A stretch of 64,000 nt of DNA, from the NCBI GenBank assembly GCA_030141605.1, contig JAQGDQ010000715.1, positions 44,416-108,415 on the forward strand. The letters run 5' to 3'. The notes beneath the pieces are model-generated. The model saw nothing but the letters and a program-made list of their open reading frames with translations, made no database searches and was not told where the DNA came from. This document shows positions 13,347 through 23,886 of the stretch, one piece after another. The number at the start of each line of letters is the position of its first letter. The stretch's first letter is position 1. The translations under genes were made by a program, and so were the position numbers. The DNA is from Tubiluchus corallicola (taxonomy: Eukaryota; Animalia; Priapulida).

Positions 13347-14792
13347 GTAAGCTGCTGTAATCACAGTTCATGCATACACTTGCGAGTGAAGAAGTAAAGA
13401 ACGTAGACTTTTCTTATTAAAGTGTTTTTGCATTTTACGTGTTTTGATTTAATGGTCTCTGTAAAACCAGAATTTTTGCATTAAATATCTTTTTTACTGT
13501 AATATATTGTAAATTATACCAGAATCGCAATTAATTTTTTTGCCTTATATATTTTTTTCAACTATAAGACGTTGAGGTGTTTCCCTTTTCAAGATCTTCT
13601 GACTCTATCTGATCCTTTTTTACCTTTATTGTCATTCTTGGGTTCCGCAAACAAAGCTAAAAATCGTCAAAACTGAAGCATACATGTTTATTTTTAATTT
13701 AGTTTGTGACATTCAATAGACGATGTCCTGCAGATTATTCCTGTAGATTAAACTTCAACTTTTATGGAAGATGTGCAATAATTGAAAAATTTATAAATTT
13801 TAAAATTCCTAACTATGATGTCTTTACACGAAAAATAACAGGTTCATTCATATATGGGAAGAAAGAACAGCCTAATGATGTAATTGATAAACTGTATGTT
13901 TACTCTCCATATCATAATACAATTATATGGACCTGTTGGTACAGACTGTGTTTTAAACTATCAGATCAACATCTTCTATCTCCTCAAATATGTTTTTATT
14001 TATTTATTTGTTTCATTGTGTCTTATGTCTTTTATTGTGTTTTATGGATTTTATTGTGCTTTATGTCCCAGTGTGTCATGTTTTTGAATTATTTGTCTTG
14101 TATAATTATGTTTTGTGTCTAGGTGCGTATGTATATATTTTTAAGTAGTTTCTATTGAAATTTTAATGACAGATGGTATAGCTGAATGTCGAATTTGTGT
14201 ATATAGTGCTATGTACTTTTTAAATGTACGAAAAGAATTTAAAATAAAAAAATTATGTACAATTTTAGAAATGTAGTTTGTAGGAGAATCAACTTCCAAA
14301 AGTTTTGATGTTCAGTCCCTAATTTCGATCTCATTACCTCCCCCTTTGTTGAGAACCTTTCCGCTACACCCTTTTTAAGTCAACATATAAGAACTTTCAG
14401 CCCCTATTTTGGCCTAAAAAATGTTTTTATATTTACTGAAACCAATCTCGATCACAAGATTCAGACTTATAAGAATGAAAATCGATGCATTTGATCAAAT
14501 GCTGATTGGTTAGTAGAAAAACTCCAATAAAGCCATACATAGCAAAGTAGGGACCATGTCTATACAAATGTCGTGCATTTCTTTTTTATCTGTTTGTAAC
14601 GTAATGTGATGTAACGTTGTACAGTAACGTGTTGCATCATCAATAAACTAGCTACTATTTTATTTTATTTTAATTAAAAACTGAAAATAAAAAGTCTATT
14701 TTTATACAACACCCGCTTTTCGTATTTGGTCTCTTGTTACGACGACATTGTCAACATTATTTTTCATTACAGACTCTAGTTACAGTAGCACA

Positions 14793-17700
14793 ATGGCAAC
14801 GAAGCTTTTACTGATTTTGTTGATGCCTGCCTTTATAGCAGCTATCAGATGTAAGTAAATTCAAGATGCGCCTGGTATTGTATATTGGTTCACTATCTTC
14901 AGGATATGGTTAGGAAAGAGTTGCCATTTGCGGCCTTTTCAACCCCAAACTAGCATGTTAGTATTTCCAGGGCAGCAACAGGGTGACTGTTTCGTGCTTG
15001 ATATTATACAAGAAGCCATGAATTTCTAAACACAACTAGTGGGGCTAATGTCGGTATTCTAGGTTTGTATTTCTTGAACTGATTGTAATTCAAATATTTG
15101 AGTTGTTAAACCATAATGTGTAAAGTTAAACTCCTATAACATGGAAGAAAGGTGTCATGTGGTGGCTACTGGGTGCAAAAGTAGGAAATGCTAATGCTTA
15201 CTCTTTTAATATACATGTATTCTTTTCTAGCAGCAAACAGACAAAAGAATCGGGAGAAAATTGAGAGGATGTCACATTTGTGGCACAATTACTGACAATT
15301 TGTGGCTTCCAAATCTTGTACCTGGCGAACGGAAAAAAAATTATTCTGAAACGAAAAATTTGGAAAGAAAAGATCATCATAATAGTATCTTCAGTGCCGT
15401 ATTAAGGCGCGGGTTTTATGAGGTGCAGCTCAGGGGCCACTATCAATTGAGGGGCCTACAGAGATTAAACGAAATTATTTTATTGTGAAACTTTACTACA
15501 GAATGAGAGTAGAAGAATGCTGAATTATCTGAGTTAAAAATAGAGTTTAATACAGAAAATCCAACATTCATGCTTTTGGTAATTGTCACTGAGGACCGGG
15601 GCCTCTCACTTTCTGCATCCCAGGGACCTACAAATTCAAAATCCGACCCGAGTATCCTACGAGCTCAGGCATTTCATGGCATGCCCTTGCACCAAATGTG
15701 TTGCATTGCATAGTGTTTACACAATAACAGCACCCAGAGCCTGTAATGGTGGCGGACTATAGAGTCAATGTTGCGTGCAACTGTAATGCAACACATTTTA
15801 AAGTGTTGTCATTTCGACAGATGAATGTATATTAATGACATATAACAAGCAGTTATCGTTCATTAGCCGCAACTCAAGAGTTTTATTACATGAATATACA
15901 AGGCATCAATGGAAAACCTTTAGGATAATTTTTGCCAAGGATTTTTGGTCAAAGATTGTTTTTTCTCAAGATAAACGCTTAATTGAAGTAACAGACAGCT
16001 GTTATTCGAGTTATTTGAGACATCAGTGTATTCTTCTTTGTTAATTGGTATTCCAGCTTGCGAAGATAGCTTGCAACGCCTAGAAAATACGGCTACTATA
16101 ATTGTTACTAAACTAGGCGTTTTACCATCTTACTCCGATTCTAATGGAGTTGCACTGGCTCCCTGTCAAACAACGTATTATTTTTAAACTATTGCTGATT
16201 ACTTTTAAATCTTTATATGATATAGAATTCCATCTGATCTCGCTGATCTAGTCAATTATATGTCCCTAGACGATCTTGGAGATTTCAGGGCAGTTTTATA
16301 CTAGCGGTCATCGATCACAAAAGAAATAGCGCTCGGTGTATGTTTTTTTGCCAGTGCAGCTGCACGTGAATGGAATAAACATTCTTTTAGCTGGCGTTCT
16401 ATTTCTGATTTTAACCGTTTTAAAATGGTCTTATAACCAATCTTTTTACTGTAACGTTTAATAAGTATGAGGCTTAAAGCCTATTTTTACCACAGCGTTT
16501 AATTAGTTGCCTTCTGAATTTTTATTGTATGCTTATAATTTGTTGCATCCATTCTTAATTGTAGATCTGTATTATAGCACACCTGATGACAATACTTTAG
16601 TAATGCTGATGCATATTTCTCGTTACTGGTCTGTGATGTTTAGTTGTAGATATATTCACACCACTTGCTTGCTGCAACATAGCAGATGAAAAAAAACACT
16701 TTAATAAGACGTTTTTACAATGATTAATAATGTTGTTTTTGTAATTTGCCAGTCACTTTTCCACCAAAAGGATGTCCATGCCCAATTCCAAGAGTTCCTT
16801 CTTTCGTATGTGGGGAGGATGGCAAGACTTATTCAAGTCTGTGCTTGCTAGACTGTGCCGGTAAGTCATTCAGCAAGATAAAATTTTAGAATAATGGTTG
16901 TGAATAAGATATTTGTAAACAAGACAAAACAAGAATGGAAGAGTTCCTTACCAAATCCACTGGCGATATTTTGCCAGTTTTGACAATTACGACTTATTAA
17001 AAAATTTTTTCTACAAAAGAATGTTTGCTGATTTATTTTTCGAAAGGGGTCTACAATTCCGCCACACAATTCAACTATCCTAACCCTAACATCAAACCTA
17101 ACCCTAACATTAAACCTAACCCTAATCCCAACCCAATTCTGACCCTAATCCCAACACTAATCCTGTTCCACCACACGCACTAACTTCTTGTCTGTGGGGA
17201 ATTGTAAACTTTAGCCTATTTTTCTTACTACAGTTATATGTAAATAGTATATAGTTAACAAAAAAGTAAAAAAAAACTTCTTCAAAATCCGTTTATAATT
17301 TAAACAAAAAAGAACGTTTTTCTCAAATCACCAAAAATATATAGATCTCATTTTAGAAATGAACAATTCAAATAATTGTTATAAACAAATAATATAACAG
17401 TATTTACAACCTACAATTATTTAACTAGTATAAAACTATTACGTTACCAGAATAACCGGTTGTTGCCCAAAGTGAAGAAAATCAGTTTGGTTCCTAATTG
17501 TAGCGTATTTTTCAAACTTCCCGATCAATTTGCTTTACAAGCGCTTTTTGGCTAGCCTGCTGTGACAAATACATCTATGCAACCGATCGCTTGGTGTAGA
17601 AACCTAGAAATTAACTCAGTGGTCTGACAACCAGCTTTTTAATTATCATGACCTGACTATTTAAGCAAATTTGGTGCAGGTACACATGGTGCAGCTGACA

Positions 17701-20372
17701 AATTTGCCACGGGTACAGGTGGCGCTGATGAATTGTAAGCTAAAGCTACAAAGAGGAAATCTCGGGCCTGCTCTGTCATATTGAGGGGCGTATTAACCAA
17801 TAGGCTAACCAAGCGATAGCCGAGAATGCCAAAGTTCGAAGGGCATCACATTTCAGAAAAAAATCCTCGGAAATGTTCATGTAAGGAATGTATTTTAAGA
17901 CACACCACAGCCAGTTGCTGAGTTCAGCTTTTATATAAGTGTCACATAACGAACAGACGCAAGGTATTACACAACAAGCAGTTGCGCAGCCTGCTTGAGT
18001 ATAGGTGCTATACAAATACGTGTAATAATGATCACGTAGAACTAGGTTACTAGTGTTTATAATACACCACAAGTAATAGTTAATTCTGATCATTACATAA
18101 ACAATCATAAATTCAAAATAGAGATGGGTCAGAAGTTTTAGCCTAGGGCGTTATAAAGTCTTGACACGCCCCTGGTCATATTGGCTGGTAGGTGGGGTGG
18201 GTTCATGGGAATACTAATCCCAGGTGGTGAATTCAAAACCCGACTAGTCAACAATTTTTCGGCGTCTTCAACTTCTTACCCACGATGAATAGTAATTAGT
18301 AAAATAAACTGCAATGGTTTGTATAAAAAAATTTGATAATCAATCATACTTAATTAATGAAATTCATTGCTTTTGCATTATTTTGCTTCTAGGATTAAAA
18401 AAGAAGTGTGATGGAAGATGTCCTTGTCGTGCACCAGAACCTGTTGATGAGAGAAACCCGTGTTTCAGAGACTGCAATGCTTATAGTGATCCAGTATGCG
18501 GGAGACTAACTTCTCCAGTACCAGTACTTCTCGACGTGGATAAGCGTTGTTTCCAGTACCGAAACGATTGCGAGTGGCAATTGTAAGAATATGATTGTTT
18601 AAAGTCAAACTAAGCCCTCATTATAATTATAAACTTTTACAAATTAAAATCCTACTCTCATTACGAATATTTAATTTATTTTATTACAAACTTACTGTAA
18701 AACTTGTTTCTTTTCACTTTTATCACTTCGTTGCATTAAGTTTGAAGAATCGTGTTTTCGGTTGAGCGGAACGAATGAACGTTATGAGTGATGAGGTCAC
18801 CAAAGATCGGTAACCAAACTCCCTTTACGCATTTCTGTACTACGTAAGTCATTCTCACTCACTTGCGCCAAAGATGCGATGTTTACGGCAATTCACGAGA
18901 TTGAAATTCGATAGAAAAAGTTATTTTTTAATTTATAAGTTTCTTTTGTTTAATAATAGCTGCGAATATTGTATAATCATATTCATGCGTTGAAAAACTT
19001 CAATGTCTATTGGAGTTAGGCTATATAGGCCTTTAAAGGAGAAGAAAAGGGGTTCCTGATTATTTTTTCATTATTTACTCAGTGTTATCTAAACTTATTT
19101 CAAATGACTTATCGTCAAAATGGCTGCGTCTAACGATCATCCCTGGAGTTTAAATTTACATGTATCATACAGCGTTACTGCCGACACAAGCTCTGTGTGC
19201 AAAAAGACAATATATAAATGGTATAAAATTTTCAAAACGAAAAAAAGGAATTTTTTAAGCTTTATGTAAGTGGAGGGTTTTTTGTACTTTAAATTAACAG
19301 ATTTTGGCATTTTAGCGTGCGTAAGACAAAAACCGAGTCAAAATTTGTTTACTGTCCCTCGTTTATCAGACATTAGTACTGGCAGCTATTTAGCGACGCA
19401 ACACCCAAATAATAATAAAAAAACATGTAGAGTATATGCACCAACTTCTACTTTCGAATTAAAGACTAAGTTCGTTAAATGAATAAAAATGATTAAATGA
19501 GGCGGGGCCACTAGAAACCAAAATCCCTAGTGGCGCAACAATAAGGTCTGCCTTCAGGACAGCAATAACCTAATAGTTAAAAACAACACAACTTTATTAA
19601 AACTTTTACATTAAAAAGCTAAAAGTTAAAATCATGCCAAACGTTTCGACTAACTAACTGCTGTCATCACCAAGGGCCGGGGGTAAATTTGCAAACATAC
19701 AACCAGTTTATGTTCCTATAATAAAAATTGGCTTCTAGTTAATAGTTTCTTGGATTATTGTTGATGTTTGTAATGTATTTTAAAATGTAAACCTATTTTC
19801 GTTGTATACCACACAACGAAGTGCAGTGTATTCGTGAAGGTGTCTAAAAAAGATATTCTTGGAGACACTCCAAAATGAACGCACGAACAACAAATTGAAA
19901 CTTCTGAACCATTAACCACTAGTGTCAAGCTACTCAACTTTATTGTGGAACTATGCCGTCAAATTTCAAGACCAACAGTCAGAGGAACTTTTTAATACAA
20001 AATTCGAATCAGACGCTTATACTTCTGTTGTAATGTATTACTGATTGTGATTTTAATTTAATGTAAAACCGGATTCAAACTTAAACTGTCAAACTGTAGG
20101 TCAAGACAATCTACGGGATCAAAAAGCATTGTACTTAAAGTCCAACACGCTGGCCTGGAATATCCCTACAGCAGCAGCAGCAGTAGCAAGCAACAACAAC
20201 AACAATAGCATTCCTAAAAAATTGCAAGATGAAGTTCATGGAACGAATGTTAGCAGAAATCTGATATGATCTTTTTTTTACTTTTAGGGCAGAGTGTGAA
20301 GTATATGTGATCAATCCACTGATGTCCATAGAACCGTGTGATTGCGATTCAGACGATTCAGTTCTTTGGTGA
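14793..20372 (+). CDS. Secreted Kazal-type serine protease inhibitor, paralogue B (146 aa, two Kazal domains, second atypical)
   Basis: Exons 14793-14850 (MATKLLLILLMPAFIAAIR), 16753-16860 (CPCPIPRVPSFVCGEDGKTYSSLCLLDCA), 18393-18582 (LKKKCDGRCPC...PCFRDCNAYSDPVCG...DKRCFQYRNDCEWQL) and 20288-20372 (AECEVYVINPLMSIEPCDCDSDDSVLW*). GT-AG introns with consistent phases; 441 nt open. Confidence 0.88.
15392..15650. mobile_element. hAT-family MITE in intron of Kazal paralogue B
   Basis: Ends CAGTGCCGTATT / AATCCGACCCG (CAGGGCCGGATT-type TIR); 8-bp TSD AGTATCTT/AGTATCCT (7/8). A second, broken copy lies at about 20522-20670, with its right end at 21117-21152. Confidence 0.75.
16040..16440 (+). mobile_element. 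L2/CR1-group LINE ORF2 3' remnant
   Basis: Frameshifted translation LQRLENTA...HLTPILMELHWLPVKQRIIFKLLLITFKSL, the typical L2-clade C-terminal signature (LHWLPV..RI.FK). Confidence 0.8.
17046..17212. mobile_element. Helentron/Helitron-associated non-autonomous element with internal CCCTAA-like repeats
   Basis: Inverted repeat GTCTACAATTCC (17049-17060) / GGAATTGTAAAC (17198-17209), 11/12, enclosing degenerate (CCTAAC)n at 17079-17165. Confidence 0.5.
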
Positions 20373-21057
20373 CTTTTTGCTGCTATATATTTCTCTATTT
20401 TTATTTTAGGTGTACTGCTAAATAAACGTGTAATTTTATAACGTGTAAATTAGTTGTAGCAACAGTATAGAATGAAATCAGTTTCAAATCGAAACTAACA
20501 AGCAGTATTTGAACCTCTGTCAGTTGAGGGGCCTCCAGAGATTAAGCGGAATTAATTTAATGTGAAAAGTAACTACAGAATGCTGAAAGTATGCTGAATT
20601 AGCTCTTTAAAAATAAAGATAAATAAAGAAAATCTAACATTTATGCTTTTGCTAATTATCACTGTGGTCCGAGATTGTGAAAGTCATGTTTAAAGTTGTA
20701 GATCACTTTGTAGAACAAGAATAAAAAACTATACTGCATATTTGCAAAGAAAAGTGTTTATGAAACTACATACACATACACACACATACACATACATACA
20801 CATAAGAACACTGAGAATGAGAGTGTCCTGCACTGAACACTGAGACTTAGACAGTGACTAGAAAATAAATCAGGCAGTATATATAGGTATAGGTAACCTA
20901 TGCAGACTTGGCTTCACAAAAACCATTACTTTAAAATAGGGAGAGATCCAGTGAATGCACAGTACAATTATGCTGGGGGTAAGTAGCTGGTAAAATGTAA
21001 CAGGATTAGTTCATAGATGGCAGCACCTAATTAAAAATGTACAATTACAACTTCCAC

Positions 21058-21089
<32 letters not shown>

Positions 21090-23886
21090 CAATAATAATA
21101 ATAAATAACAGTATCTGTAGCCCGGAGGCCTAAAAAATCAAAATCCGGCCCTGTATGTTCATTATCTGCGTTAGTTATAGCAGTTGCTAGTAAAAGTAAT
21201 TTTATTCTATGCGTGTGCATGTGCGTGTGCGTGTGCGTGTGCGTGTGCGTGTGCATATGCGTGTGCATGTGCGTGTCTGGTACTGAATGTGTAATATCGC
21301 TTGTCTTGAAATTATTCAATAATGTAACAGCAATAAAAATTAATTGGGAATAATTGCAAGATAAACGAACGTTCATTTTTTATAATTGAATTTCATGTTC
21401 GAGAGAAATATGACATCGTAATAATTAGATCTGTGTGTTGAACAGCACGAAGAAAATGGGAAAATTTGCAACAAAAAAAATCAGAAAAGTCGCATTTTGA
21501 TGAAAAATGCCTAATTTACTAAAAAAAATAAAGAACTTGATAGCTTCTTAAAAACTAGTAAAATTGCGATCAAAGTTTTTATGATCTTATGATTTATGAG
21601 TGGATCTCCTGCAACGAGTCCTGATACACCTGGAGCAGCCTTTGAATACAAAGGGAGGGGACTTAGAGCAAAACCGGACCCAATGATAAACTGTAGGTCA
21701 AACAATCTACTTTTTAGGTTATTGAAAGGAAACATACCATTTTTTTTAAAAATGACTTACGTGAACGATTTATGACCACACAAACATAATTTCACGCTCT
21801 ACGCTGTTACATGCATTTCGCCGTTTGCTAGTTGGACGGGCACTAGCGCCTGAATTTCTGAAATGCTTTGCACAAAAAACAAGTGCTGTACCTCTCAGTT
21901 CACATTAAGCTAATTTGTGAGCTCATGCTGGAGCACAACAGTAAATTTGAAATTTGAATTTTTATCCTAAAAGTTGCCTAGTTTTGGTACAACACACTGA
22001 ATATCTTACAATGGCACTGTAATTTATTTTCGATTTTGCAATCACATGCCAGACGCTCTTGGAATATTTTTGTTCTTGAAAATTAGGTTAGTTTGTGATG
22101 TCATGAAGAGATGGGATCGCCCGCCATTAATTTATTTATTGTGTTACAATGTATACTTTTATCGGACAAGAAAATGGTGTAACATTTGAAAAATCATTCT
22201 GTCTTTCTTCAAGTAAAGAATTTATTATTCTGTAAATTATCAAGTGGCTTCTGCCAGATGTGCTGACACCCGCTAAACGATTCAAATTGTCCACGTCCAC
22301 AAGATTATCAGCTAGAGATAAAAAGTTATCCACGTGGGAGCGTTCTCCTCACGACATTATTCTATTGTACTTATTAAAATTTCGTGTTTATTACTATTTT
22401 TCATCACTTTCTTTAAATATTGGTGTTGTCGACATTTAACGCATGCACGGGTAGATGGCATACATATTATTAGTCTCTAAAAGGCTGATGTCATTCTGAG
22501 TTTGTAATCGCACACCAAGGTATTGTTACGGAAGCACCTGTGTCGGGTCAGGTGTAGGGCCCTCTATACGCCCTGCTTCCACGTCAGCAGCGACTCACCC
22601 CTTTCTTGTAGGTCCAGACGTCTTGTTTGCGCCTACACGGGGTGTGAGAAGCCAGCTGAGCTGGAAGGCCAGTCACTACAGCCTTGATTTCTGACACAGG
22701 TGCTCCTCGGGTGTAGTGCTGTTACTGAGTTAGTTAGTTATTTTTTGTGCACGTGTATTCTGTTCCCTATTTTTATTAGTAACTCCGTACAGTGTAGTTT
22801 TTGTGTATTTTATTTTATGAGAGTTCAATGACATGCTATAACAGGTATATGGTACTAGTTTACAGGCATTAACTTTGTAATTAAAATTAACATTTGTAGT
22901 TAAGTAATCAGTTACACAACGATAGTAAAATGGATCTTCATGATGCGCAATATCAAGACCGCCATGCCATCTTTGAGTTCGACCCCTTGAGTCGAATTCA
23001 GCCCACTTGACACGTAAAGAGTTTCCCATCTACCGATATATTGCAGTAAGAGAAAACTGTAACAAATTACTTCCAGTCTCAAATATTTCTCTCGATGAAA
23101 TTACAGTTAAACTACTCTTATACAAATGTGACATTGTAACCAGAACTGAATCTTGTTTATAATTAAATATAGCACTCCAGGATAAGACAGGAACAGGTTG
23201 AGGATGTCCAATGTCATTTCAAAATGTTAATTCATTCTCCCTCAATGGGGTGGGATAGCAGATGAAAATTCCCAGATTCAGTGTTTCTGGCTATCAGCAC
23301 CCATTGATCACAATGCACAGGCTGTAACGGCACAGCTGTTTGTTACATCTCAGAATATTTCGTTTTATATATTATATGGAATGCAGAATGAGATGAAATT
23401 AGTGTGAGATCGAACAAAAAGTAAACGAATAGAACAGCCTTAAAAATTAGCCCATTTTCATTCGTATTACCATGAAATAAAAAATATTAAGCTAATTTTT
23501 CTTAAAACCAGTTGAAACGACATCTCTAACATCCCCATAATTCAAACATCCGTCACGTTTTCTGCACGCTCGGCCAAGATCCGGTTCTCGATTAGAACCG
23601 AAGTTCCAGTGTTTTTAAATCAAATAATCCCATCCTTGTCCAGATGAAGTCGTATTATTTTAAACAATATCACGCAACTTTTGCATGTCTTTGTCTCGCA
23701 AAATTCTTTGCTTCATGAGCGCTCGTCGTTAAATACACTTTCAAATGGTTTAAATAAGAGACGCTCATAGTTCACTTATTAGCAACCGGAGTTACTGAAG
23801 TTGCTGGGAAGTCCAATTCACTACTGACAAAACTCATAACAGTTTTGCTGATAAAAACGGTGCTTATTTCTACACGGTAAACAAAC

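Noticed and set aside
13706-14250. 138-aa ORF as a host gene
   Set aside because: Non-ATG start; resembles the C-terminal end and AT-rich 3' UTR of a decayed non-LTR retrotransposon, but too weak to list as a feature.
17079-17165. Interstitial telomere or chromosome-fusion scar
   Set aside because: Short, degenerate and enclosed by an inverted repeat, as in Helentron-type elements.
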